Source: an uncultured Acidobacteriota bacterium
Lineage (GTDB): Bacteria > Acidobacteriota > Thermoanaerobaculia > UBA5066 > DATFVB01
Direction of reading: 5' to 3'
NCBI GenBank assembly: GCA_963813155.1
Contig: CAWEYG010000001.1
Location: 768,001-832,000, forward strand
DNA length: 64,000 nt
The notes under the pieces were generated by a model. It was not told where the DNA came from. It worked only from the letters and a program-made list of their open reading frames with translations, and made no database searches. Made by a program: the position numbers and the translations under genes. Below, piece after piece: positions 29,020 through 39,958 of this stretch; position 1 is the first letter of the stretch; every line of letters begins with the position of its first letter.

Positions 29020-31082
29020 CGGCCGGCCCCGAAAAGCATCCGGCGCGTCTCGTTCGCCGCGGCGGCCGCTCGCGGGTTCGCGTTCGACCTCGCCATGTCG
29101 TCGAGCACCCGGAGAGATTCCTCCGGCCGCTTCTCGTCGTGGAGCAGCGCCGCGAGCCCGCGCCACGCGACGAGCGACGCGGGGAAGTCGTGAATCTCGC
29201 GGCGAAACGCCGCCTCGGCTTCCGCATATCGGCCCATGCGGTACAAGACGTCCCCGCGTTGAAATTCGACGCCGCTCATCGGCGGGACGCCCTCGCCCGC
29301 CCTCACGGTATCGAGCAGCGCGAGAGAACCGGCCAGGTCTCCCCGAGCTTTCTTCACGAGCGCGAGGACGACGCGCGGAAGGCGCCGGCCCTCGTTTCCG
29401 CGGAGCGCGGCGTTAGCCTCCGCTTCCGCGCCGTCGAGGTCCTTCGCGACGAACAGGACGTGCGCGAGAGTCACGTGCGTGGCCGGGGTGTCGGCCGCCG
29501 CGACCGCCTTCTCGGCGAAGGATTTCGCCTCGGCAACATCGCCCATCTCGAGGCACATGTTCGCGAACGAAATCAGGACGAACGGAGAGCCGGGGTTCAG
29601 GCGGTCGACTTCGTGCAGCGCCGCGAGAGCTTCGCGATCCCGCCCGCCCTGGTGGAGCATCGTCGCGAGCTGGGCCCAGGCGTCAGACATCTTCGGGTTC
29701 TGCTTCAGGAGCGCCCTCAGCGCGGAGACGCCCGCGTCGATTCCCCGCGTGTGCGAGAGCGCCACGGCGGCCTTCATCTCTTCGATCTCGCCGATATGGT
29801 CGCGCGGGTTCGGTAGATTCGCGGCGTCGGCCGGCGCCGCGCTCATCCCGATGTAGCCCAGCGCGGCGAGCTTCTTGAGTCTCTCCGGATCGGTCGTTCC
29901 CGGCTGTTGGGCCGGGCGGTCCATGCCGAGCAGCGCGTTCCGGAGGGCCCGGAAGCCCGCGGGAAGCGACGGCGCGAGGTCGCGCGCTTCCTGCGGGTCC
30001 GCGCGGTAGTCGTAGAACTCGTCTTTCGGGGCATGGATGTACTGGGCCGTCCCGGTCGAGAGAGACGCGAGCTCGCTCCATCCGTAGTGGAACCGGGGAT
30101 AGTACGTCTCGCTGTAGATCTCCCCTTCCGCCGGCGCGCCGGCGGCGAGCATCGCTTCGCCGGAGAGCTTCGTCTTCGGCGTCAGGCCGACGAGTTGAGC
30201 GACCGTGGGAAAGACGTCGACGAGCCCGACCGGCCTTCCCACCGTTTGTCCCCGGCGCCGATTCCCCGGAAGCTTGATGAAAAGCGGCACGTGCAGCTCT
30301 TCGCGGTACAGAAGCACTCCGTGCTCGTCTTCGCCGTGCTGACCGAGGCCCTCTCCGTGATCCGAGAGCAGAACGATCACGCTGCGATCGTACGCGCCAC
30401 TCTGTTTCAGGAACGAAACGAATTTGCCGACGATCGCGTCGGCCGTCGCGATCTCGCCGTCGTACGGCCGTTCGCGATACCGCTCCCGGAACGGCTCGGC
30501 CGGCTCGTACGGCGTGTGCGGCTCGTAGAGATGGAGAAAGAAGAAAAACGGACGTTCCGATTTTCCCGCGAGCCATTTCTCCGCGAGGGCCTCGGTCTCG
30601 AAGCCCGATCGCTGGATCTCGCCGATGGCCTCCCCGGGGGCAACCGATTCCATCGTGTCGTCGTAGAAATCGAATCCCGCGGCGATGCCGGTGCTTCGCG
30701 CGAGCACGACGCTCGAAACGGCGGCCCCCGTCGCGTAGCCGTTGCCCCGAAGGAGGCCCGGGAGGGTCTCGATCTCCGGGCGCAGCGTGAAACCGACGTT
30801 GTCGCGAATCCCGCTGCGGAACGGAAGCAGCCCGGTCAGGATCGTCGTGTGCGACGGCAGCGTCAGCGGAACGTGGCTGATCGCGTTGTCGAAGAGGACC
30901 GAGTCTCCCCGCAGCGAGTCGAGGGCCGGGGTCGCCACGTCCTTGTAGCCGTAGGCGGGAAGGTGATCCGCGCGAAGCGTGTCGATCGAGATCAGAACGA
31001 CCGGCGCGCCGGGAAACCGGTCCGAGCTCTTCCGGCAGCCCACGGCCGCCAGGATGGCGACGACCGCCAGAAGCCGCCTCAC
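29016..31082 (-). CDS. Sulfatase-fold lipoprotein with TPRs (paralog 2)
   Basis: Same motifs; lipobox AVGC; GTG start overlapping upstream stop. Confidence 0.92.
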   Translation of the reverse strand: MRRLLAVVAILAAVGCRKSSDRFPGAPVVLISIDTLRADHLPAYGYKDVATPALDSLRGDSVLFDNAISHVPLTLPSHTTILTGLLPFRSGIRDNVGFTLRPEIETLPGLLRGNGYATGAAVSSVVLARSTGIAAGFDFYDDTMESVAPGEAIGEIQRSGFETEALAEKWLAGKSERPFFFFLHLYEPHTPYEPAEPFRERYRERPYDGEIATADAIVGKFVSFLKQSGAYDRSVIVLLSDHGEGLGQHGEDEHGVLLYREELHVPLFIKLPGNRRRGQTVGRPVGLVDVFPTVAQLVGLTPKTKLSGEAMLAAGAPAEGEIYSETYYPRFHYGWSELASLSTGTAQYIHAPKDEFYDYRADPQEARDLAPSLPAGFRALRNALLGMDRPAQQPGTTDPERLKKLAALGYIGMSAAPADAANLPNPRDHIGEIEEMKAAVALSHTRGIDAGVSALRALLKQNPKMSDAWAQLATMLHQGGRDREALAALHEVDRLNPGSPFVLISFANMCLEMGDVAEAKSFAEKAVAAADTPATHVTLAHVLFVAKDLDGAEAEANAALRGNEGRRLPRVVLALVKKARGDLAGSLALLDTVRAGEGVPPMSGVEFQRGDVLYRMGRYAEAEAAFRREIHDFPASLVAWRGLAALLHDEKRPEESLRVLDDMARSNANPRAAAAANETRRMLFGAGR

Positions 31083-33181
31083 GGCGACACTCCCGCGAGC
31101 AGCCGGCGCGCGCGCTCCAGCTCCGCTCCATAGCGCAAGGACGGCGCGCGCTCGACAAATTTCTCCAGGGCGTCGCGTTCGGTCGCCCGATCGCCCGAGC
31201 GGGCGGCGACGAGCGCGATGTTGTACAGCGCGTCGAACTGCTCGGGATCGAGGACGTACGCCTTCCTCCACGCGTCGATCGCGGCAGCTCCCCTTCCCGA
31301 GCGGTCCAGGGCGACGCCGTACGCGTTCCACGCCCTCGGGAGTTTCTCGTCGAGGGCGAACGCCTTCTCGAAAGCATCGATCGCCTCCCGCGTGCGGCCG
31401 GCCTGCAGCAGCGCGATCCCCATGTTCTGGTACGCCTCGCTGTTCTTCGGGTCCACCGCGAGCGCGCCGCGGAAGGCTTCGAGGGCCCCTGGCAGGTCGC
31501 CGCCGCTCGCCCGCGCGATCCCGAGCGAATTCCAGATCTCCGGGTCCGTCTTGTCGAGCAGCGGCTTCAGCAGAGCGACCGCGGCGGCCGGCTTTCCGTT
31601 CGAGGCTTCGAGCAGCGCCAGCCGGTTCGCGAGGGGCCGGCCGAGCACGCCGTGCTTTTTCGCCTCCTCGAGAGTCGCGATCGCGGAGCGGTCGTCGCCG
31701 GCCTGCGACTGGAGAAAAGAAAGGAAGTCGTAACCCACGCCCATGCTCGGACGCGCGCGGACGATCTCGATCGCCAGCGCGGACGCTTCCGCAAGCTGCT
31801 TTCGCTGGTAGAGATCCACGACCCGGTGAAGTTTCTGGTCGATCGGAAGGAGCGCCTTCGGATCGTCCTCCCGATCGTAGTGCTCCCGGGCGGGCGCGCT
31901 CCCGGCGAGGTATCCCAGGCTCGCGAGCTTCGCCGCCTCCTCGGAGCCGGGATCCTTCCGGGCCGCGCGCGAATCGGCCGGCAGGGCCCTCCGGAGGGAG
32001 CGGACCGCGGCGGAGTCCGCGGAGAAGAGGTTCTTCGTTTCCCCCGGGTCGGCCGAAAGCTCGTAGAGCTCCGGCACGGGAAGGTCGATGTACTTGTAAC
32101 CGCCGCCGATCTCTCCGCGCAGGGGCGCCCAGCCGCGGTTGTAGGTCGTCGAGAGCGACTCGAAGTACGAGACTTCCGGAGCGCGAGCCCGAAGCAGCGA
32201 GACTCCCGGAAGGTCCGCGGAGGCGGGAACGTGCGCCGCGTCGAGCACCGTCGGCACGATGTCGACATGCCGCGCGAGAGCTCCGTCGACGCCGGCCGCG
32301 ACGTGGCCGGGGCTCCAGAGGACCAGGGGAATGTGCAGCGTCGCCTCGTAGGCGAAAAGCCCGTGCGTCGCTTCGCCGTGATCGCCCAGGGCCTCCCCGT
32401 GATCGGCGGTCAGCACGAGGAGCGTCGGCCGGCCGCCGCGTTTCGCCCGCAGGCTCTCGAACAGCGGACCGAGAGCGTCGTCGACGGAAGCCACCTCGCC
32501 GTCGTACGGGACGTCGGCGTACTCGCGGTCGAACGGGGGCGGCGGGGAGTAGGGGGCGTGACAGTCGTAGAGATGGACCCAGAGGAAAAACGGCTTTGCC
32601 GCGCCGGAAGACTCGGTCGAAGCGAGCCACGCCTGCGCCGCCGCCACGACCTCGGAAGCCCGGCGCTCCGGCATCACGAAATCGTACGCGTGGGCCCCGC
32701 GGGGATAATTCTGATCGTAGACCTCGAAATCCTTCGCGAGGCCGAAACGGGCGTCGAGGGGAAACGCGCCGACGAACGCGGCCGTCCGATATCCCGCCGC
32801 GCGGAGGCGGGTCGCGAGCGTCGGAACGCCGTCGGCGAGCCGGAACCCGTCGTTGTCGCGCACGCCGTGCTGGTAAGGGTACAGGCCGGTCAGGATGTTC
32901 ACGTGCGAGGGCAGGGTGACGACGTTCTGCGCGTGGGCCTGAGAAAACCATCGACCTTCGCCCGCGATCCGGTCCAGGTTCGGCGTCCGGACCCGCCGGT
33001 TTCCCGCGAACCCGAGCGCGTCGTATCGCAGCGTGTCGACGGTCACGAGCACGACGTCGGGCGGGGTCTGCCCGAATCCCCCGGACGCGCCCCCCCGCCG
33101 GCACGCCGGCAGCGACAGGAGAACGAGCGCCGCGAGCGCCGGGGGGCCGGCAACCCGGAACACGGACCTGGCGACGGTCAC
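31079..33181 (-). CDS. Sulfatase-fold lipoprotein with TPRs (paralog 3)
   Basis: TVDTLRYD, VVTLPSH..LTG, HLYDCH, DHGE; lipobox LPAC. Confidence 0.92.
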   Translation of the reverse strand: MTVARSVFRVAGPPALAALVLLSLPACRRGGASGGFGQTPPDVVLVTVDTLRYDALGFAGNRRVRTPNLDRIAGEGRWFSQAHAQNVVTLPSHVNILTGLYPYQHGVRDNDGFRLADGVPTLATRLRAAGYRTAAFVGAFPLDARFGLAKDFEVYDQNYPRGAHAYDFVMPERRASEVVAAAQAWLASTESSGAAKPFFLWVHLYDCHAPYSPPPPFDREYADVPYDGEVASVDDALGPLFESLRAKRGGRPTLLVLTADHGEALGDHGEATHGLFAYEATLHIPLVLWSPGHVAAGVDGALARHVDIVPTVLDAAHVPASADLPGVSLLRARAPEVSYFESLSTTYNRGWAPLRGEIGGGYKYIDLPVPELYELSADPGETKNLFSADSAAVRSLRRALPADSRAARKDPGSEEAAKLASLGYLAGSAPAREHYDREDDPKALLPIDQKLHRVVDLYQRKQLAEASALAIEIVRARPSMGVGYDFLSFLQSQAGDDRSAIATLEEAKKHGVLGRPLANRLALLEASNGKPAAAVALLKPLLDKTDPEIWNSLGIARASGGDLPGALEAFRGALAVDPKNSEAYQNMGIALLQAGRTREAIDAFEKAFALDEKLPRAWNAYGVALDRSGRGAAAIDAWRKAYVLDPEQFDALYNIALVAARSGDRATERDALEKFVERAPSLRYGAELERARRLLAGVSP

Positions 33182-34206
33182 TTCAGGGTCTTCAGGATCT
33201 CCCGGACGACCTCGGCGTTGTCTCCCTTCGGCGCGAGCTCCAGGTACTTCCGAAAATCGGCCTTCGCGTCCGCCATGTGCTTCTGCTGGTAACGGGAGAG
33301 GCCGCGGTAGTAATAGGCGTCGATCGTCTCCGCGTTCTTCGCGATCGCCTTCGTGAAGTACGACTCGGCGTCGACCGGCTTGTTCTTGTTGTAGTAGAGG
33401 ATGCCCATGTTCATGTACGGCGTGGGATCCGTGATTCTCTCGTCGGGGACATGAGACAGGGCTTCTTTCCCTTCTTCGAATTTCCCGTTCTGAAGATCGA
33501 TCTGCGCGATCATCAGCCACATCGTCGGGTTCTCGGGGTCCTTCGCGACGATCTGGTGCGCGTACTTCTGCGCGTCGGCGGGCTTTTCAAGCCAGAGGTT
33601 TCCGACCGCAAGCCGCAGGAGGATGGAATCGTTGTCGGGAAGCTCGGCCCGGGTCTTTTCGTAAGCCGCCATCGCGGAAACGAGGGTCTCCTGGCGCTTC
33701 TTCTTCGCGGCGTCGACGCACGCCTTGTCTCCGGCGCACGCCTCCTGGTCGTTCTGGGCCTTTTCGGCGGCGGCCCAGTCGCCGTTTCCCTGCTCGATCG
33801 CGTCCGCGGTTTCCTTGCTGATCTTCTTGCCGCCGACGCTGATCTCCGGCTTCGCCGCTTCCTGCTTGACCTCGGGCTGCAGCACCATGTTCATCGGAGG
33901 CACGCGCTGGAGCTCGGTGACGTTCACGAAGGTCTTGAACGGCTGGTAGCCGGGCGCCGAAACGTCGACGTCCCACTTGCCGCCGTTCAGGCCCATCAGG
34001 GCGAAGTAGCCCTTCTTGTCGGTCTTCAGGTCGGGTCCGCGGCCCAGCTCGTCGAACTTCAGGCTCACCGTGGCGTCGGCGATCGGCGCCCCTTGCGGGT
34101 CCTTGACCGTTCCCTCGATCCGTCCCTTGCCCTGCCGCCACTCCTGCGCGCCCGCGACGGCCGCCAGGAGGAGGAGAACCGCTGTCCAGGTCGTCTTTCG
34201 GCGCAT
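33178..34206 (-). CDS. Secreted carboxypeptidase-regulatory-like + TPR protein
   Basis: GTVKDPQGAPIADATV..TDKKG..APGY, then TPRs ending YLELAP. Confidence 0.9.
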   Translation of the reverse strand: MRRKTTWTAVLLLLAAVAGAQEWRQGKGRIEGTVKDPQGAPIADATVSLKFDELGRGPDLKTDKKGYFALMGLNGGKWDVDVSAPGYQPFKTFVNVTELQRVPPMNMVLQPEVKQEAAKPEISVGGKKISKETADAIEQGNGDWAAAEKAQNDQEACAGDKACVDAAKKKRQETLVSAMAAYEKTRAELPDNDSILLRLAVGNLWLEKPADAQKYAHQIVAKDPENPTMWLMIAQIDLQNGKFEEGKEALSHVPDERITDPTPYMNMGILYYNKNKPVDAESYFTKAIAKNAETIDAYYYRGLSRYQQKHMADAKADFRKYLELAPKGDNAEVVREILKTLK

Positions 34207-34225
34207 CTGTCCCTCTCGCTCAGTT

Positions 34226-34262
34226 AAAAAAAAACCCCGCCGGGAGAAATTCCCGGCGGGGT
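34226..34262 (-). terminator. Intrinsic terminator after the TonB receptor gene
   Basis: ACCCCGCCGGGA-GAAAT-TCCCGGCGGGGT with a long U tract on the minus strand. Confidence 0.88.
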
Positions 34263-34282
34263 AAAACGATACCGGAGAAGGG

Positions 34283-37281
34283 TTAGAAGCTCAAGCGAGC
34301 TCCAAACCGGAGGACCCGCGGGCTCACCCGCTCCTCGACGCGATTGCCCTTGCCCGGGCAGCTCACAGCCGCATTGGCCGCGCCGCAGGGCTTCGTCTGC
34401 TGCAACTGCGCCGCCTGCTGGATGACGGTGTCGCTGTTCAAGGCGTTGAACATGTCGATCGACAGGGTCAGATCCGCCTTCTGGAACAGGGGAAGGACCT
34501 TTTCCGCCCGCAGATCGAGCTGGTAGACGTTCTTCAGGCGGTGGTCGTCGCTGTTGCCGACGATGACGTTGCGCGAGCCCAGGGAGGCGCCCACGTCGCC
34601 GCCGGAGACCGACGCGTAGTAGGGGATCAGGTAGCCCTGGCGGCCGAACAGGTTGGCCGCGACGTTGAAGTTCAGCGGCAACTGGTACAGGCCGCTGATG
34701 TTGAACTGGTACTTCGAGCTCAGGAACACGTCGCCCTTCGAGCCCGAACCCGTGCGATTCCTGGAACGCCTGAACGCCGTCGCCGCAGCTCGGGCCGCCG
34801 GTCGTCAGAACGTTCGTGGGACCCTTCCAGGTGTTGACCGTGCCGAGGCAGCCGTTCGCGCCGTTGACTTTCTGCTTCCAGTCGGTGTAGGCGACGGAAC
34901 CGTGCATCATCCACCGGTTGGAGAGCCGCTTCGTCAACTGCAGCTCGACTCCGTTGTAGTCCATCGTGTACCCCGGGTCGTTCCCCAGGATCAGGCCGCC
35001 GTTGAATCCGGCCGGGGCGATGAAGTCGTAGTAGTTGCCGGTCTTGCCGATGATGTTGCCCTGCTGGTCATAGGCGTTCAAGCCGCTGCGGCTCGGGTCG
35101 AGAACGAAATCCGAGGCGTCCACGCCGATGTATTTCGTGCTGATGAAATCCGAGCGGTGGCGGTGGGTGTACGTCACGCCGGCGACCAACTCCGGAAGGA
35201 TCTGGTGGTCGATGCCGAACATGAACTCGTCGGTCTTCGTGTTCTTGATGCCCGAGGCGATCTTCTTCGGCGAGGTGAGCGAGGTCGGGTTGGCCGGATC
35301 GATGCCGGTGTAGAAGTAGTTCGCTCCGAGCTCGCCCGGATCCGCGAGACCGTTGTGGTTCGCGTCCGTGAAGGGATACGTCAGATAGGTGTAGCCGACC
35401 GGGTTGTCGTACGCGACGCTGCCCGATCCGAGCTGGTCCGCGAACCTCGCGTAAGAAGCGCGAAGCAGCGTGGACTTCTGGGCGCCCAGGGCGTAGGTGA
35501 TGCCCACGCGGGGCTCCCAGTCCTTGTAGTGCAGCTCCGTCGGGCCGCCCGGGAAGGCCAGCGCGGGGATGCAGGGGTTCGACAGCGAGAACGCCTGGCT
35601 CGGGTCGCAGGCCGAGTTGTTGCCCGGCGCGCCCGAAGCGGCGTTGAAGCCCTTCTGGTCGTCGTAGCGAACGCCGACGTTGACCGTCAGGTTGTTGGCC
35701 GTCAGCGTGTCGCCGATGAACGCATCGTAGTAGGTCATCGTCTCGTTGACCGCCAGGTTGCGCTCGAGCTTCACGTACGACTGGCCGCTGCCGTTGTAGT
35801 TGAGGTAGTGATGTCCTGGTTGCCCGGCCAGGTCGTCTGCGAGCCGCCGATGATGTGGCGGTAGCCGAACCCGAACTTGAGCTCGTGTCCGATCGACCCG
35901 GTGTTGAAGAAGTACGACGCGCTGCCCGTCGCCTGGTGCTGCGGGCGATACGTTCCGTACCGGTAGAAGGTTCCCTGCCACACTTCGTTGGCGTCCTGGG
36001 TCATGTTCGGCCCGAGGCCCGCCTGCGGGGCGAGAGCGAACCCGCCGCGCACGTAGCTGTAGGAGGCGTTCAAGACGAAGTTCGGTCCGAAGACCTGCGA
36101 GTCGTCGCCCTTCCAGATCACGGTCGGTCCGCTCTGGTTCCACGCCGTGCCCTGGCCGCGGTTGGAGACCGCCGTGCGGCCGAGCTTGATCTTGTCGCCG
36201 CGGAAGTAGAACGCGGTCGCCGAGTTGGACTCGACCGGCTGGATGTTCAGCTTGCCGGCCCAGTTCTCGAGGGTCGTCAGATCCGGGGCCGCCGAAGAGA
36301 GCTTGATCAGGTCGATCTGATCGCGCCCGTAGCTTCCCCACAACCACGCCTTGTCGGCCCAGATCGGTCCGCCCGCTTCCACACCGTAGTCCTGGATGTG
36401 GTCGATCGAGTTACCGCTGCCGACCTTGAGAGTCGTCGGCCCGCCGAGCGACGCGCTGTACGGTCCGACCGCGTCCGCGGTTCGCCCGCGCTTCGGTCTC
36501 GTTCGGCGTGTCGAAGATTCGCGCCGATCCGTGCACTTCGTTGGTGCCGCGCTTGGTCACCATGTTGAGCGTGACGCCCGGGACCGCGATCGAAGGATCC
36601 GATCCGCCCGTCGTCGCCTGCATTTCCTGGAACGCGTCGAAGTCGTAGTACGTCGAGGACGATCCCGAGAGCCGACATGTCCGTCACGGCCACGCCGTCG
36701 ACGAGCCACGCGTTCTGCGACGAGTCCACGCCCTTGCCGATGTAGACCGACTGCTGGCCGCTCTCGCTGCCCGCCACGTTGGCCCGGTCGACCTGGACGG
36801 AAGGCACCTGCTGCAACACGACCCAGGGGTCGCGCGCCGTCGGGATGCTCTTCAGCTGTTCCTGCGTGAAGTCCGATCCCGAGCTCACCCGGCGCGTGTC
36901 GAGCAGCGGCGTCTCGGAAGACACCGTGATCGTCGTCGCCACCGAGGCGATCTTCATCGGAATCGCGACTTCCGTGTTGGAACCCAGGCTCACCGTCACG
37001 TTCGTGCGCTCCACGGTCGAAAAACCGTTGAGCTCCGTCTTGACGGTGTAGGTTCCCGGCGAAAGGTTGAGGAACCGGAATTCCCCCTGACCTCCCGTCG
37101 TGCTCGTCCGCGCGGCTCCGCCGCCGGACAGCGTCACCGAGACCCCGGGCAGCGCGCCGCCCGACTCGTCGGTGACCTTCCCGTAAATGTTGCCGTACGT
37201 CGCCGAAGCTCCCTGCCCGAACAGGGGCGCGGCGCAGACGGCTGCCATCAGACAGATGGCAAATAGTCTGAACACCTTCAT
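34283..37281 (-). CDS. Oar-like TonB-dependent receptor with N-terminal carboxypeptidase-like domain (several frameshifts)
   Basis: GKVTDESGGALPG, IPTARDPW, VTKRGTN, GGPIWADKAW, EPRVGITY, terminal PRVLRFGARLSF, split over about 5 frames. Confidence 0.88.
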
Positions 37282-37514
37282 CCTAAGAACTCCTTCCCGG
37301 CCCCGTCGAAGGGCCATCAAACGCAAACTCCTAGAGATCCAAATTGAGCGAGTGAAGCTATTATTGTGCCATGATGTCGAAATTGCAAACTACCAATAAA
37401 TCATTTATTAAAAGCTCTTTACGTATCTGGTGAGCCAGCCCCGAAGCGCCATTTCTCTCGATTTTTGAACGGCGATTCAGAAGTTTGGATTCTTTGCGGA
37501 TATCCTCATCTTCG

Positions 37515-38858
37515 ATGGAAGCGATCGTCGTCGGCGGGGGTTTTGCGGGTGTGGAGTGCTGCTGGCAGCTCGCCCGGCGAGGTCATCGCGTGAGGCTCTT
37601 CGAGATGCGTCCGGAGGTCCCCACGGCTGCGCACCAATCCGCGAATCTGGCGGAAATGGTCTGCTCCAACTCGTTTCGTTCCGACAACCCGCACAACGCG
37701 GTGGGGCTCCTCAAGCGCGAAATGGAGGCTCTCGGCTCGCTCGTGATGGCGCGTGCGAGGGAGTCGGCCGTGCCGGCCGGCGACGCTCTCGCCGTCGATC
37801 GCGACGCCTTTGCGCGCTCCGTCACGGCGGCGATCGAAAACGAGCCGAATATCGAGATCGTCCGCGAGGAATGCCCCGACCTCCCTGCCCGCGGGATCGT
37901 CGTCCTCGCGACGGGACCGCTCACGTCGGCGAGGCTGTCCGAGTCGATCCGGGCGCTCCTCGGGGAAGGAGAGCTCTACTTCTACGACTCGATGGCGCCG
38001 ATCGTGACGGCCGATTCGCTCGACTTCGCGAAGATCTACCGCGCCTCGCGGTACGGCAAGGGCGAAGGCGAGGACTACCTGAACTGCCCCCTCGACCGCG
38101 CGCAATACGAAGAATTCATTTCCGACCTGCTCGCGGGCGAAACCGTCCCGATTCACGAGTTCGAAAAGGGGATCTATTTCGAGGGCTGTCTTCCGATCGA
38201 GGTCATGGCGGAGCGAGGCGCCGAGACGCTGCGGCACGGCCCGCTCAAGCCCATGGGCCTCGAAGACCCGCGCACGGGCCGCCGCCCGCACGCGGTCGTT
38301 CAATTGCGGCAGGACGACCTCGCCTCGGAGCACTACAACCTCGTCGGGTTCCAGACGAAGCTTCGGGTCGGAGAGCAGAAGAGGATCTTTCGGAAAATCC
38401 CCGGCCTCGAAAACGCGAACTTCGTGCGATTCGGAATGCTCCACCGGAACACCTACATCCACTCCCCCGCCCACCTCGACCGGTTCTTCCGGATGCAGGC
38501 GAACTCCCGGGTCTTTTTCGCGGGCCAGATCACGGGCGTCGAGGGGTACCTGGAATCCGCGGCGACCGGCCTCTACGTCGGCCGGACGGTCGCGCAGCTT
38601 CTGGAGGGATCCGATCCGGTCCCGGCGCCGTTCGACACGGCTCTCGGGTCTCTTTCCCGGCACTGCTCGCAGCGCCCGCGGACGAAGACCTTCGAGCCGA
38701 TGAACGTCACGTTCGGAATGATCGAAGATTCCGCGCAGCCGGACGTTCGCGATCGGGCGCAGCGCCGCAAGATCGTGTGCGACCGCGCGCTCGAATCGAT
38801 CGGGCGCTACGAAGAGCTCACGCGCGGCCCGCGCCCCGCGGCCGCGCTCGCGGGATGA
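37515..38858 (+). CDS. trmFO: Folate/FAD-dependent tRNA m5U54 methyltransferase
   Basis: GGGFAGVE, EMVCSNS, FEGCLPIE, VGFQT, HRNTY, AGQITGVEGY. Confidence 0.96.
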   Translation: MEAIVVGGGFAGVECCWQLARRGHRVRLFEMRPEVPTAAHQSANLAEMVCSNSFRSDNPHNAVGLLKREMEALGSLVMARARESAVPAGDALAVDRDAFARSVTAAIENEPNIEIVREECPDLPARGIVVLATGPLTSARLSESIRALLGEGELYFYDSMAPIVTADSLDFAKIYRASRYGKGEGEDYLNCPLDRAQYEEFISDLLAGETVPIHEFEKGIYFEGCLPIEVMAERGAETLRHGPLKPMGLEDPRTGRRPHAVVQLRQDDLASEHYNLVGFQTKLRVGEQKRIFRKIPGLENANFVRFGMLHRNTYIHSPAHLDRFFRMQANSRVFFAGQITGVEGYLESAATGLYVGRTVAQLLEGSDPVPAPFDTALGSLSRHCSQRPRTKTFEPMNVTFGMIEDSAQPDVRDRAQRRKIVCDRALESIGRYEELTRGPRPAAALAG

Positions 38859-39958
38859 CGACCCGGGGCGCGGCCCTCGCGGCCGCGGCGCTCGCGGGCG
38901 CTGCTCTCTTCGTCGCGGCCGGACTTTCCGCGGCTCCCCGGCCCGACAAGGCGTCGAACGCCCGTCCTCTTCCGGTCCTCCTGCGCGAGGCTCGCGACTT
39001 CGCGCAGGCGGGCGACCCGCGCGCCCGCGACCGATACCTGGACGCGATCCGCCAGAATCCGTCGGACGCTTCGGTTCGAGCCGAGCTCGCCGACTACCTC
39101 TGGGGAACCGGCAACCCGACCGAGGCAGAGGCGCAGATGGACTGGCTCGTCGCCCGCGGTCATCCGCGCCCCGGCTTTCTCCGCTTCTACGGGCTCCGGC
39201 TGTTCGAAGCCGGAAACTTCGTGAAAGCCTCGCAGATCCTCGAGAGCGCATCGCGGGAAGGGAGCCCCGACTACGACCTGCTCTTCTGCCTCGGCACGGC
39301 CCGGCTGGAAAAGGGGGACTTTCCGGGCTCCGAGCAGGCCCTGCGCGGCGCCATCCGGAAATCTCCCGGCCAGGCCTCCGCGCACCACATCCTCGGCAAC
39401 CTTCTCAAGCTGACGGCGCGGCCGCGGGAAGCGGTCGTCGAGCTGCGGCTGGCGGCCGGCGCGGAGGAGTCCTCGGCCGATACGTGGCTCGATCTGGCGC
39501 AGGCGCTCGCGGCAGACGGAGAGCGGCCCGAGGCCGAGGAAGCGTGCCGCCGGTCGATCCGCCTTCAGCCGGACCGGGCCGCCGCTCACCTCACGCTCGG
39601 CCGGATTCTCCGGGCGGAGGGGAAAGCGGAGGAAGCCGCGTCGGAGCTCGCCGCGAGCCGGTCGCTTTACGACCGCGAAGAGGAGCAGGCCGAGAAGAAC
39701 CGCGGCGCGGCCGCGCGCACGTCCCAGGGATGGGTGCTGCTCCGGATGAACCGACCGGCCGACGCGCTCGCGCAGTTCGAGAGCATTCCGGAGTCTTCCG
39801 CGTCCGGCTGGAGAGGGCGCGCCGAAGCGCTCGAGCGGCTCGGACGGCGGGAGGACGCGATCGGCGCGCTCGAACGGGCGAAGACGATGTCTCCCGACGA
39901 CCACTCGCTCGACTACGCGCTCGCCCGGCTGCGGGCCGCGGTCCCGCGGCAGCCATGA
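38855..39958 (+). CDS. Secreted TPR protein
   Basis: Signal peptide and repeated TPR helices; ATGA overlaps at both ends. Confidence 0.85.
   Translation: MTTRGAALAAAALAGAALFVAAGLSAAPRPDKASNARPLPVLLREARDFAQAGDPRARDRYLDAIRQNPSDASVRAELADYLWGTGNPTEAEAQMDWLVARGHPRPGFLRFYGLRLFEAGNFVKASQILESASREGSPDYDLLFCLGTARLEKGDFPGSEQALRGAIRKSPGQASAHHILGNLLKLTARPREAVVELRLAAGAEESSADTWLDLAQALAADGERPEAEEACRRSIRLQPDRAAAHLTLGRILRAEGKAEEAASELAASRSLYDREEEQAEKNRGAAARTSQGWVLLRMNRPADALAQFESIPESSASGWRGRAEALERLGRREDAIGALERAKTMSPDDHSLDYALARLRAAVPRQP

Noticed and set aside
26362-29193. Very long alternative ORFs (943 aa here; also 15-1766, 46000-48240, 52972-54024)
   Set aside because: Antisense or off-frame shadows of real genes in high-GC DNA, with no recognisable motifs.
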